In this document: piece after piece, positions 38,812-48,452 of the stretch | Layout of the letters: each line of letters starts with the position of its first letter | Position numbering within the stretch: the first letter of the stretch is position 1 | NCBI GenBank assembly: GCA_002425325.1 | Contig: DIMA01000018.1 | Location: forward strand, 8,259 to 72,258 | Length of the DNA: 64,000 nucleotides | Direction: 5' to 3' | Source: Bacillales bacterium UBA5578 | GTDB lineage: Bacteria; Bacillota_I; Bacilli_A; RF39; UBA660 | The notes under the pieces: generated by a model | Seen by the model: the letters and a program-made list of their open reading frames with translations, nothing else | The model's database searches: none | What the model was told of the DNA's origin: nothing | Made by a program: the position numbers and the translations under genes

Positions 38812-41010
38812 ATGAAATTAAAATTTAGAGCAGAAAAAAAAGACGTAATAATATTTTTAATATTTTCATTAATATTATTTCTTTTGATATGTTTAGCCGT
38901 ATCTAATATTGGTTCATTTTTATCAGAAGAAGGTACATTTTCAGGACTTAATATAGTTCCTGCATTAACAACATATTTACCTTTAACATTGTTATTATTT
39001 ATTGTTTGTATTATAGCAATGTTTATGAGTGTTCAATCTTGGTTTATTGAACGTGAAGAAGGTGTAGGATTCCAAATTGGATCTAAAAGAGAAAAAAATT
39101 ATTCACACTGGGAAAAAGACTCAGAAATGAAAAAGGGTCAAGATATAGTTGCAGTTGATCCATTAGCACCAAAAGCTAATGCTGCTGGTATACCAATTAT
39201 TATGACACCTAAAAAAGTATGGGTTGATAATGGTGGATATCATAACTTAGTAATAGGTTCTACTGGTGCTGGTAAAACTCAAACAACTGTATTACCAATG
39301 GTTAACTTATTAGCAAAAAATGATGAATCTATGATTATTACCGACCCAAAAGGTGAAATCTATGAAGATACATCTAATTATTTAAGAAGTTTAGGATATA
39401 ATATAGTTTTATTAAACTTCCGTGATCCTCAACAAGGTAATAGTTGGAATCCAATGTATTTACCATATTCATTATATAAAGATAATAAAATAGATAAATC
39501 AATTGAGTTACTTGAAGACTTAGCTGCAAATATATTAAAAGATCCTTCTGCTAAAGGACAAGACCCATTCTGGGAAAATACTTCAGCCGATTATTTTGCA
39601 GGTTTATCATTTGCATTATTTGAAGATGCTGATGAATCACAAGTAAACTTAAATAGTATTAACTTAATGACAACAGTTGGAGAAGAAAAATTAGCTAATA
39701 CAACATATGTAAAAGAATATTTTACATTTAAAGATCCAGCTAGTACAGCTTATATTAAAGCATCTTCTACACTGATGGCACCAAACGAAACAAAAGGATC
39801 TATCTTATCAGTATTTAAACAAAGAGTTCAATTATTTGCATCTCGTACTAATTTATCTGAGATGTTAGCAAATAATGACTTTGATATGAGAGATATTGGT
39901 CGTAAAAAAACAGCAGTATTTATTGTAATTCAAGATGAAAAAACAACATATCATACTTTAGTTACAATATTCTTAAAACAATGTTATGAAACTTTAATTT
40001 CAGTAGCACAAGAATGTGGAGGAAAATTACCACATAGAACAAACTTTATTCTTGATGAGTTTGCTAACATGCCACCATTAAAGGATGTTACAACAATGGT
40101 TACTGCTGCTCGTTCAAGAAATATAAGATTTACATTTATCATTCAAAACTTTGCTCAATTAAATGAAGTTTATGGTAAAGAAAATGGTGAAACAATTAAA
40201 GGTAACTGTGGTAACATAGTTTACTTAATAAGTACTGAACTTACAGCGCTTGAAGAAATAAGTAAGATGTGTGGTGAGGTTAAATCTAAAGAAAAAGAAA
40301 AAACTTCATCTACACCATTAGTTACTGTAAGTGATTTACAAAGAATGAAACAATGGGAAACAATTATACTACGTATAAGAACAATGCCATTTAAAACAAC
40401 ATTAACTCCAAACTTTAAAATGCAATGGGGACATAATTTCCCTAAAGCTGATTATCCAATGAGAGAAGAAAAAGGAGTTAAAACATTTGATTTAAAAACA
40501 TATGTTGAGAAAAAAAGAGATGAAAAGATTAATAACTTAATTGGTGGTGCTAATAGTAACTCTCCATTTGGTGGTGGAAATTCTCCATTTGGAGCCCAAG
40601 GTAGTTCACCATTTGGTGGTGGAAGACAAAATAGTCCATTTGGAGGAGGAATGCCTTCAACACCATTTGGAAATGGAACACCAAGTAGTCCATTCTCATC
40701 AAAACCTCAACAAACTGCTCCAAGTAGTCCATTTGGTACTCCAAAAAATGAGGACTCAGGAATTAATATGGAAAGTTTAGTTAATAGAATCAATGCTAAA
40801 ATTGAAGAATTGGAAGCTGAAGATAAAAAGAATAATGAAGTTAAACAAGATAAAGTTATTGAACCATCACCTTTTATGAGTGATAAATTAGTTTCTAATA
40901 CTAAACCTTCAACATCAAAACCAGTTGAATCATTTGTACCTGATACAAATACTCATAAATCAGGAGTTACTGATGATCAATTCTTTGATGATTTCTTTGG
41001 AGATGATTAA
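38812..41010 (+). CDS. VirD4/TraG-family type IV coupling protein with two N-terminal TM helices and a C-terminal disordered tail containing 'SPFG' repeats.
   Basis: Walker A 'VIGSTGAGKTQTTVLPM'. 'NFILDEFANMPPL' is the TraG/VirD4 Walker B region. The tail has six or more S/T-P-F-G(G) repeats. Confidence 0.75.
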   Translation: MKLKFRAEKKDVIIFLIFSLILFLLICLAVSNIGSFLSEEGTFSGLNIVPALTTYLPLTLLLFIVCIIAMFMSVQSWFIEREEGVGFQIGSKREKNYSHWEKDSEMKKGQDIVAVDPLAPKANAAGIPIIMTPKKVWVDNGGYHNLVIGSTGAGKTQTTVLPMVNLLAKNDESMIITDPKGEIYEDTSNYLRSLGYNIVLLNFRDPQQGNSWNPMYLPYSLYKDNKIDKSIELLEDLAANILKDPSAKGQDPFWENTSADYFAGLSFALFEDADESQVNLNSINLMTTVGEEKLANTTYVKEYFTFKDPASTAYIKASSTLMAPNETKGSILSVFKQRVQLFASRTNLSEMLANNDFDMRDIGRKKTAVFIVIQDEKTTYHTLVTIFLKQCYETLISVAQECGGKLPHRTNFILDEFANMPPLKDVTTMVTAARSRNIRFTFIIQNFAQLNEVYGKENGETIKGNCGNIVYLISTELTALEEISKMCGEVKSKEKEKTSSTPLVTVSDLQRMKQWETIILRIRTMPFKTTLTPNFKMQWGHNFPKADYPMREEKGVKTFDLKTYVEKKRDEKINNLIGGANSNSPFGGGNSPFGAQGSSPFGGGRQNSPFGGGMPSTPFGNGTPSSPFSSKPQQTAPSSPFGTPKNEDSGINMESLVNRINAKIEELEAEDKKNNEVKQDKVIEPSPFMSDKLVSNTKPSTSKPVESFVPDTNTHKSGVTDDQFFDDFFGDD

Positions 41011-41039
41011 AAATAGCGAAAGCTATTTTTATTTTTTTT
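41011..41039 (+). terminator. Rho-independent terminator closing the island operon.
   Basis: aaatagcgaaagctatttttatttttttt: stem atagc/gctat, GAAA loop, T-run. Confidence 0.6.
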
Positions 41040-41099
41040 AATAATACAATACTAGTTTTTTAATATTATATATATTATAATTATAATGGAGTTGATTAT

Positions 41100-42170
41100 A
41101 TGGAATATGTAATAATAGGTTTATTGGTATTAATAATAATATTAATTATTATTTTATTTATAAAACAAAAGAATAATGAAAATATAGTTGAGAGATTATC
41201 AAAAATAGAAGTTAATATGGTAAAAGAAATAGGTGATTTCAAACTTGATTTTTCACATAATATTAACGATGATTTTAATACTTTAAACGAAAAGATTGAT
41301 TATAGATTAAGATTAATTAGTGATAAAGTAAATGAAAGACTTGATGAAAATTTTGAAAAAACAAACAAGACTTTTGCTACAGTATTAGAAAGAATTAGTA
41401 AAATAGATGAAGCTCAAAAGAAAATAGATAGTTTATCGAATGATATTGTTTCATTACAAGGGATACTAACTGATAAAAAAACAAGAGGTATATTTGGTGA
41501 AGTAAATCTAGAACATATAATGGCTAATATATTTGGACCTAATAATGATAAAATATATAAGATGCAATATTCATTTGATAATAATACAATTGCAGATTGT
41601 GCTTTATTTGCACCTGAACCATTAGGTTTAGTAGCAATAGACTCTAAGTTTCCACTTGAAAATTATCAAATTATGGTAGATAAGAAAAATAGTACATCTA
41701 TAAGAGATAATGCAGAAAAGTTATTTAAAACAGATATGAAAAAACATATTGATGCTATTAGTTCAAAATATATTATTCCTGGTGTTACATCAGATCAAGC
41801 AATACTATTTTTACCTGCAGAAGCAATATTTGCAGAATTAAATGCATATCATACTGAAATTCTAGATTATGCTTTTAAGAAAAGAGTATGGATTACTAGC
41901 CCAACAACATTAATGAGTACTTTAACAACAATTCAAGTTATTATGAAAAATATGGAAAGAGATAAGTATGCTAAAGTAATACATAATGAATTAGTATTAT
42001 TAGATACAGAATTTAAAAGATATAAAGATAGATGGGATAAATTATATAGAAGTATTGAAACTGTTAGTAAGGATGTTAAAGACATTCATACAACAACAGA
42101 AAAAATAACAAAAAGATTTGATAGTATTAATCAAGTTGAAATGGATTCGTTAGATTATACTGCTGAATAA
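41100..42170 (+). CDS. rmuC: DNA recombination protein RmuC-family (N-terminal TM, coiled coil, C-terminal nuclease-like domain).
   Basis: Architecture and 'LFLPAEAIFAELNAY...WITSPTTLMSTL' resemble the RmuC C-terminal region. Confidence 0.5.
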   Translation: MEYVIIGLLVLIIILIIILFIKQKNNENIVERLSKIEVNMVKEIGDFKLDFSHNINDDFNTLNEKIDYRLRLISDKVNERLDENFEKTNKTFATVLERISKIDEAQKKIDSLSNDIVSLQGILTDKKTRGIFGEVNLEHIMANIFGPNNDKIYKMQYSFDNNTIADCALFAPEPLGLVAIDSKFPLENYQIMVDKKNSTSIRDNAEKLFKTDMKKHIDAISSKYIIPGVTSDQAILFLPAEAIFAELNAYHTEILDYAFKKRVWITSPTTLMSTLTTIQVIMKNMERDKYAKVIHNELVLLDTEFKRYKDRWDKLYRSIETVSKDVKDIHTTTEKITKRFDSINQVEMDSLDYTAE

Positions 42171-42241
42171 GTTAATAAAAAAAAGGTAGGTAAAACTATC
42201 TTTTTTATTAATATTTTTGTATAATTATAATAGGTGATAAT

Positions 42242-44380
42242 ATGGAAGATAAAATTATTGAAATATTAAAAACAGAAAAAAGAGCATTAACTGTTCATGA
42301 ATTAGAAACTATATTAGAATTTGATAGTGTTGAACAATTAAAAGAATTATTAAAAGTATTAAATGATTTAGAAGATAAAGCACTAGTTTTCCATACTAAA
42401 AAAGATAAATATATGTTATTTGAAGAAAGTAATTCTAGAGTAGGATTATTACAAGTGACATCACGTGGTACAGGTTATGTATTAATGGAATCAGGAGAAG
42501 AAATTAAAATATATCCTGAAAATTTAAATGGAGCTTTAAATAAAGATAGAGTAATTGTTAATATTACTGATAATCAAGCTAAACCTAATGAAGGAAAAGT
42601 AGTTAGAATTGTAGAAAGAGCAAATAGTAATGTGGTTGGAACAATTTATTTCCATAAGAATAAAATATACGTTAAACCAGATGATAAAAAAATTAATGTT
42701 AATATTTTAATAGAAAAGAATTACTATAATAATTTAGTAGAAGGACACAAAGTACTTGTTAAATTATTAGGATTAAATAAAGATGGGGAATATAATTCTG
42801 AAATTATTAAAATAATTGGACATATTAATGACCCAGGTGTAGATGTATTATCTGTAATGGCTAAACATAATATTAATGATGTATTTCCAAAGGAAGTAAT
42901 GGAACAAGTTGAAAGTGAAATACCTAGTGAAATTACAGAAGAAGAAATAAAAGAGCGTTTATCTCATACTGGAAAAGATTTAAGAGATGAAATTATATTC
43001 ACAATAGATGGTGATGATACTAAAGATATAGATGATGCTATATCAATTGAAAAATTAGAAAATGGTAATTATAAATTAGGTGTTCATATCGCTGATGTTA
43101 GTTACTATGTAAAAGAAAATTCACCATTAGATGAAGAAGCTTTATCAAGAGGTACAAGTGTTTATTTAGCTGATAGAGTAACACCAATGTTACCTCATGA
43201 ATTATCAAATGGTATATGTTCATTAAATCCAAATGTAGATAGATTTGCTTTATCTTGTATTATGGAAATTGATCCTCAAGGTGAAGTAGTAAATTATGAT
43301 ATATTTGATAGTATTATTCGCTCAAGAATACAAATGACTTATAAAAAAGTAAATAAAATATTAGAAGAAAATATTATATCTGAAGGTTATGAAGAATATG
43401 CTTCTAAATTATATTTAATGGCTGAATTAGCTCAAATATTAAGAAAAAATAAAGTATCAAAAGGATATATTGATTTTGATTTAGATGAAGCAAAAATAAT
43501 AGTAGATGAAGATGGAAATGCTATAGATGTAGTATTAAGAGAAAGAGGAACAGGAGAAAAATTAATAGAAGACTTCATGATATGTGCTAATGAAACAGTA
43601 GCAACTCATTTCTATAATATGGAATATCCTTTAGTATATCGTGTTCATGGTGAACCAAATGAAGAAAAGATAACTAATTTCTTACATTTAGTTAGCATAT
43701 TAGGTTATAATGTAAAAGCAAATCTTAATAAGATTACACCATTAGTAATACAAAGTATGCTAGAACAATTAAAAGATAAGAAAGAATATTATATATTATC
43801 TAGTCAAATGTTAAGAAGTATGCAAAAAGCTGTATATGATACAAAGAATATTGGACACTTTGGTTTAGCTAGTAAAATATATTGTCATTTTACATCACCA
43901 ATTAGAAGATATCCTGATTTATCTGTACATAGATCAATTAGAAAATGTTTATTAAATCCAGAAGTAACTCTTGAAACAATTAATAAATGGGAAGGTAGAT
44001 TACCTTATATTGCTGAACAATCATCAGCTAAAGAAAGAGCATCTATTGAATGTGAAAGAGAAGTAGATGATATGAAGATGGCAGAATATATGGAAAAACA
44101 CATTGGAGAAGAATATCATGGTATAATAACTGGTGTTATGAGTTTTGGATTCTTTGTTCAATTACCAAACATGATTGAAGGATTAGTTAGAGTAGAAGAT
44201 ATAAAAGGTGACTTTTATACTTATGATGAATCTACATTTAGTTTAATTGGTAGTAAGAATAAACGCGGATATAGATTAGGTGACGAAGTTGATGTAATTT
44301 GTAAAGCAGCAAGCAAAGAAAATCATACCGTAGATTTTGTTATTAAGGGGATGGAAGATACATGCAAAAAAGAAAACTAA
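42242..44380 (+). CDS. rnr: Ribonuclease R (RNB-family 3'-5' exoribonuclease with a C-terminal S1 domain).
   Basis: The RNB region includes 'DDAISIE' and 'HFGLAS..YCHFTSPIRRYPDL'. C-terminal S1-like 'GIITGVMSFGFFVQL'. Confidence 0.85.
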   Translation: MEDKIIEILKTEKRALTVHELETILEFDSVEQLKELLKVLNDLEDKALVFHTKKDKYMLFEESNSRVGLLQVTSRGTGYVLMESGEEIKIYPENLNGALNKDRVIVNITDNQAKPNEGKVVRIVERANSNVVGTIYFHKNKIYVKPDDKKINVNILIEKNYYNNLVEGHKVLVKLLGLNKDGEYNSEIIKIIGHINDPGVDVLSVMAKHNINDVFPKEVMEQVESEIPSEITEEEIKERLSHTGKDLRDEIIFTIDGDDTKDIDDAISIEKLENGNYKLGVHIADVSYYVKENSPLDEEALSRGTSVYLADRVTPMLPHELSNGICSLNPNVDRFALSCIMEIDPQGEVVNYDIFDSIIRSRIQMTYKKVNKILEENIISEGYEEYASKLYLMAELAQILRKNKVSKGYIDFDLDEAKIIVDEDGNAIDVVLRERGTGEKLIEDFMICANETVATHFYNMEYPLVYRVHGEPNEEKITNFLHLVSILGYNVKANLNKITPLVIQSMLEQLKDKKEYYILSSQMLRSMQKAVYDTKNIGHFGLASKIYCHFTSPIRRYPDLSVHRSIRKCLLNPEVTLETINKWEGRLPYIAEQSSAKERASIECEREVDDMKMAEYMEKHIGEEYHGIITGVMSFGFFVQLPNMIEGLVRVEDIKGDFYTYDESTFSLIGSKNKRGYRLGDEVDVICKAASKENHTVDFVIKGMEDTCKKEN

Positions 44381-45552
44381 AACCAGTTGTTAAAAATATA
44401 TTATTCTTATCTATAATAGTTGTAATAGCTGGTATAGTTCTTGCTGTATTTACATTAAATAATAATGATAAAAAGAAAACAGAAGAGAAACCTAATATCG
44501 AACAAAAAGAAGAAGTAAAAGAAGAACCAGTTGAAGAAGAAGTTGAAGAACCAACTGAAAAAAGAATGTCTATTGTTATGACAGGAGATGCATTATTACA
44601 TGGTGCAGTATTTATGGATGCATATAAAAATGGTAAATATGATTTTACTAGTATGTTTACTTTAATAGCGCCAATTGTAAAAAAATATGATTTAAAATAT
44701 TATAATCAAGAAACAATTATTGGTGGAGGAGCACCTGCTCATTATCCAAGATTTAACTCTCCTAAAGCTATTGGTGATAATTTAACAAGTATAGGATTTA
44801 ACCTTGTAAGTCTTGCTAATAATCATACATTAGATAGAGGAGAGAGTGGTTTAAAACATTCTGTTAATTATTGGAAAACAAAAGCAACAGTTGTTACTGC
44901 AGGATCATATGGATCAAAAGCAGAAAGAGATGAAGTTCCAGTTTATGAAAGAAATGGAATTAAATATGCGTTTTTAGCTTATACTACTTGTACTAATGGA
45001 TTAAGTACACCTGCAGGAAAAAGCTATTACTTAAATGTATATAGTAATGCATTAGCGAAAAAAGATATAGATCAAGCTAAGAAAAATGGTGCAGAAGTAA
45101 TTATAGTAGCAATGCACTGGGGAGTAGAATATACTCATAAACCAAATAATGAACAAAAGACTATAGCAAAATATTTATCTAGTCAAGGTGTTAATTTAAT
45201 AATTGGATCACATCCCCATGTTATTCAACCAATTGAATATGTTGGAGAAACATTAGTGGTGTATTCTTTGGGAAATTTAATATCTGCTCAAAGAGTAATG
45301 GGAATTGAAAAAATTATCGGATTATTAGTTGGTACAGATATTGTAGTTAAAGATGGTAAGGTTACTTTTGAAAATACAGGATTTGAGTTGTTATATACTT
45401 ATTACACTGCTTCAAATAGAAACTTTAAAGTATATCCATTTAGTAAATTGACAACAAAAGTATTAAGTAATCATGCATCATTAAATAAAAAGTATCGTAA
45501 AATTGTAGATCCAGGGGGGAAATTTAATGGAACTAAAGAACAAACGAGCTAA
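44362..45552 (+). CDS. CapA/PGA_cap-family metallophosphatase-like protein (poly-gamma-glutamate capsule synthesis-type) with an N-terminal TM and a K/E-rich linker.
   Basis: '[12 protein letters not shown]...[18 protein letters not shown]...GSHPHVIQP' are CapA-family motifs. Confidence 0.6.
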   Translation: MQKRKLKPVVKNILFLSIIVVIAGIVLAVFTLNNNDKKKTEEKPNIEQKEEVKEEPVEEEVEEPTEKRMSIVMTGDALLHGAVFMDAYKNGKYDFTSMFTLIAPIVKKYDLKYYNQETIIGGGAPAHYPRFNSPKAIGDNLTSIGFNLVSLANNHTLDRGESGLKHSVNYWKTKATVVTAGSYGSKAERDEVPVYERNGIKYAFLAYTTCTNGLSTPAGKSYYLNVYSNALAKKDIDQAKKNGAEVIIVAMHWGVEYTHKPNNEQKTIAKYLSSQGVNLIIGSHPHVIQPIEYVGETLVVYSLGNLISAQRVMGIEKIIGLLVGTDIVVKDGKVTFENTGFELLYTYYTASNRNFKVYPFSKLTTKVLSNHASLNKKYRKIVDPGGKFNGTKEQTS

Positions 45553-45964
45553 TTATGACTATGAAATAGAAGAAACATATGAAGCCGGAATTGTACTAAC
45601 TGGTACAGAAATAAAATCTATTAGAGATGGTAAAGCTCAATTAAAAGATAGTTATGCTATTGTTAAAAATGGAGAAGTATTTATCTTAAATATGCATATT
45701 AGTCCATATGATAAAGGTAATATATTTAATCATGAAGAGACTAGAACTAGAAAATTATTATTAAATAAAAAAGAAATATATAAGATTAGAGATTCAATAG
45801 ATAGAGAAGGATATACTCTTATACCAGTTAAATTATATTTTAAAGGTAATAGAGCTAAAATATTATTAGGTATTGCAAGAGGTAAAAAGACTTATGATAA
45901 GAGAGAATCTTTAAAGAAAAAAGATATGCAAAGAGAGATAGAAAAACAGTTAAAAAGATATTAA
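45527..45964 (+). CDS. smpB: SsrA-binding protein SmpB.
   Basis: '[35 protein letters not shown]' matches the conserved SmpB core. Confidence 0.85.
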   Translation: MELKNKRANYDYEIEETYEAGIVLTGTEIKSIRDGKAQLKDSYAIVKNGEVFILNMHISPYDKGNIFNHEETRTRKLLLNKKEIYKIRDSIDREGYTLIPVKLYFKGNRAKILLGIARGKKTYDKRESLKKKDMQREIEKQLKRY

Positions 45965-45965
45965 G

Positions 45966-45993
45966 TTTAAAGATAATTCTTTAAACTTTTTTG
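45966..45993 (+). terminator. Rho-independent terminator after smpB.
   Basis: gtttaaag-ataattc-tttaaac followed by tttttt. Confidence 0.55.
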
Positions 45994-46084
45994 TTAAATA
46001 AAATAATTATAGTGTATTGCAAATACTTTTAAAATAATATATACTTATATTGTAAAACATAATACGCGAAAGGAAGTGTGCTTA

Positions 46085-46351
46085 ATGCAAATTACATCTG
46101 TAAATGTCAAAAAATTTGACAAAGAAGACTCAAAAATGAAAGGAATCGCTTCAGTAATACTTGATGATTGTTTTGTAATTCGTGATATCAGAATTATAGA
46201 AAAAGAAGAAGGTTTATTTATTGCAATGCCTAGTAGAAGAAAAGGTGATGGAGAGTATCATGATGTAGCTCATCCAATTAATCAAGAAACTAGACAAATG
46301 TTTGAAGAAACTATATTAAAAGCATATGAAACTGCTGATTCAGAAGAATAA
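46085..46351 (+). CDS. spoVG: Sporulation/septation regulator SpoVG. The start was moved to the 'MQITSV' Met that follows the RBS.
   Basis: 'MQITSVNVKKFDKED...GIASVILDDCFVIRDIRIIE..GLFIAMPSRR' is the hallmark SpoVG sequence. Confidence 0.85.
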   Translation: MQITSVNVKKFDKEDSKMKGIASVILDDCFVIRDIRIIEKEEGLFIAMPSRRKGDGEYHDVAHPINQETRQMFEETILKAYETADSEE

Positions 46352-46379
46352 AAGTCACAATTGTGACTTTTTTATTTTA
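46352..46379 (+). terminator. Rho-independent terminator after spoVG.
   Basis: aagtcacaattgtgactt (9-bp palindromic stem) followed by ttttattttat. Confidence 0.65.
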
Positions 46380-46409
46380 TATATTCATATAATGTAATAG
46401 GAGGTATAT

Positions 46410-46685
46410 ATGGAAAATGATATACAATTTAATCATAGTATTACATTAAATGAAAGAAAAAATCTATTAGTAACAGGTGTAAAGAAAATAGATCATTTTG
46501 ATACTAATGAATTTTTGATTGAAACTAATATGGGATATTTATATATAAAAGGATCTGAATTAGAATTAATAAAATTAGATACATTTAAAGGTAATGTAAC
46601 TATAAAAGGTATAGTAAATAGTATGGTGTATAATGATAAAGATAAAGTAAAAGAAGATGGAATTATATCGAGATTATTTAAATGA
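46410..46685 (+). CDS. yabP: Sporulation protein YabP.
   Basis: 'HSITLNERKNLLVTGVKKIDHFDTNEFLIETNMGYLYIKGSELELIKLD' follows the YabP pattern. It is followed by a YabQ-like gene and divIC, as in Bacillus. Confidence 0.7.
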   Translation: MENDIQFNHSITLNERKNLLVTGVKKIDHFDTNEFLIETNMGYLYIKGSELELIKLDTFKGNVTIKGIVNSMVYNDKDKVKEDGIISRLFK

Positions 46686-46945
46686 TAGAATTAGCTTATC
46701 AATTTAAAATAATAATTTATTCCATATTATATTCACTAGTTTTTACATACTCCTTTATATTATGTAAAAATTATTTATGTGTTAATAATTATGTATTTAA
46801 AACAATTAATACAATTACATTTTACTTATTCTTTTCTATAATGTACTTTATAGGATTAGAAATAGTATGTAATGGTATTTTACACTTTTATTCTATTTTA
46901 ACTATATTTTTTGTAGGTTATATTGCTACAAAGTATAATAAATGA
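46682..46945 (+). CDS. yabQ: Spore cortex biosynthesis membrane protein YabQ-like.
   Basis: 87-aa three-TM protein overlapping the yabP stop. Conserved synteny yabP-yabQ-divIC. Confidence 0.5.
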   Translation: MIELAYQFKIIIYSILYSLVFTYSFILCKNYLCVNNYVFKTINTITFYLFFSIMYFIGLEIVCNGILHFYSILTIFFVGYIATKYNK

Positions 46946-46968
46946 TAAAATGTGTTTAAGGTGATACT

Positions 46969-47418
46969 ATGGCCAAGGAGAAGAAAAAAAGTAGTGCTAG
47001 TAAGGTTAGATTAATGACATTTGGAACATTATCAGTTGTATTAGTGCTTATATTTTTTATTACTTTATTTTCTAATTTATATACATTGTATAAAGTAGAG
47101 GAAGAGAAAACAAAAAAAGAAAATGAATATGCTGTATTACAAGATAAGACAGATGAATTAAAAACAGAAATTATAAAGTTAAAAGATCCAGAGTATTTAG
47201 CAAAATTTGCTAGAGAAAATTATTCATATTCAAAAAAAGATGAAATAATAATCAAAATAGATAAAAAAGAAAAAGAAGAAGAAAAAGAAAATTCAAAAGC
47301 ATTAACTTCTACATCTGATTTTCATGGGGAATGGATTATCTTCGCTTGTGTTGTAGGTTTTATTTTAATATTAGCTTATGCATTTATTAAAAGTAGATAT
47401 AAAACAAAAGAACAATAA
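46969..47418 (+). CDS. divIC: Septum formation initiator DivIC/FtsB-like protein.
   Basis: N-terminal basic tail, one TM, coiled coil 'EEEKTKKENEYAVLQDKTDELKTEIIKLKDPEYLAKFARENY' (FtsB/DivIC motif). Confidence 0.65.
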   Translation: MAKEKKKSSASKVRLMTFGTLSVVLVLIFFITLFSNLYTLYKVEEEKTKKENEYAVLQDKTDELKTEIIKLKDPEYLAKFARENYSYSKKDEIIIKIDKKEKEEEKENSKALTSTSDFHGEWIIFACVVGFILILAYAFIKSRYKTKEQ

Positions 47419-47450
47419 AAAAAGAATATTTAAATATTCTTTTTTATTTT
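47419..47450. terminator. Bidirectional terminator between divIC (+) and lemA (-).
   Basis: aaaaaagaatatttaaatattctttttt: 9-bp stem flanked by A- and T-runs. Confidence 0.65.
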
Positions 47451-47980
47451 AATTTATTAATAACTTTAGTATTATCAATCATTTCAAATTTTTTCATTGG
47501 TTCATAATTCTTAGCTTTAGCTACCATACTGGTAGGAAATTTATCTATTTTTTTATTATAATTATCCACTAAATCATTATAATATTGTTTTAAAGCCATT
47601 ATTTCAGCTTCAGTTTCTATTAAGTCTATTTCTACTTTAGTATATTCATCTGCTTTTTTTAATTCAAAATTATCTAATCCATAAACATGAAATTCTTTAA
47701 TAGCACCATATAATTTTTTATCTAAAGTATAGTTATCTAATTTTTTTTCTTTTATTTCATCTATTGTTTTAATAGTTATATTATCTTTGTTTAGATGTTT
47801 TTTAATTACATCAATAGATTTACTTAATAAATCAAATCTTTTATTTAAAACATTTTCTATATTTGAAACAGCTTCATCTATTCTAATAATATCTTCATTA
47901 AAAGAATCTAATGAAGTGATTATAACCACTATCATTGTACTAATTAATATGATTAATATAATTGCTATTGCTAATAACAT
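47444..47980 (-). CDS. lemA: LemA-family membrane protein.
   Basis: N-terminal TM, then '...ALKQYYNDLVDNYNKKIDKFPTSMVAK', characteristic of LemA. Confidence 0.65.
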   Translation of the reverse strand: MLLAIAIILIILISTMIVVIITSLDSFNEDIIRIDEAVSNIENVLNKRFDLLSKSIDVIKKHLNKDNITIKTIDEIKEKKLDNYTLDKKLYGAIKEFHVYGLDNFELKKADEYTKVEIDLIETEAEIMALKQYYNDLVDNYNKKIDKFPTSMVAKAKNYEPMKKFEMIDNTKVINKLK

Positions 47981-48028
47981 ACTATCACCATAATAATTAT
48001 AACAAAGATATAATTATTTTACAATTAT

Positions 48029-48343
48029 TTAGATGTTTGGATAGAATGACTCACTTGTATTTATATTCTCATCAAATTTAATAAAATTAATATAAATAAG
48101 TAATAATAAATACCAATTTCCAGTATTAGGATCACTTATAATTACATGATCTTTTCCTGATTGTTCAATAATTCCTCTAAATATTCTATCTTTCCATTCT
48201 ATTGAATCAGCAAAAGACATATATATTTCTACATTCTTACCTCTATTTAATCTTAATATATTTTCAATATAAGATTGCTCATCATTGTTTGTATACATTG
48301 AAGTATCAATATAATTATTATTAATAAAAATCATCCTTTCCAT
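48029..48343 (-). CDS. Hypothetical protein (104 aa).
   Basis: ORF only. No motif recognised. Confidence 0.3.
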   Translation of the reverse strand: MERMIFINNNYIDTSMYTNNDEQSYIENILRLNRGKNVEIYMSFADSIEWKDRIFRGIIEQSGKDHVIISDPNTGNWYLLLLIYINFIKFDENINTSESFYPNI

Positions 48344-48452
48344 ATATTATATTTACTTGTTTTTTATTTATGCTTAAATTGACAATTTACCTTATTTTAT
48401 GTTAATATTATCTCGTCAAAAGTGACTTCTTTTTTTATATATGGAGGTATGT

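Noticed and set aside
11152-41099. The island as a classical ICE with att direct repeats. A shared 13-mer 'taataatacaata' occurs at both flanks (~11165 and ~41040).
   Set aside because: A 13-mer match of A/T-only sequence in a 72% AT genome is plausibly chance. No integrase or relaxase is present in the island. It is kept only as a weak observation.
45965-46084. Expectation of a tmRNA (ssrA) gene downstream of smpB.
   Set aside because: Only ~120 nt separate smpB from spoVG. That is far too short for a ~350-nt tmRNA, and no tRNA-like 3' end is visible.
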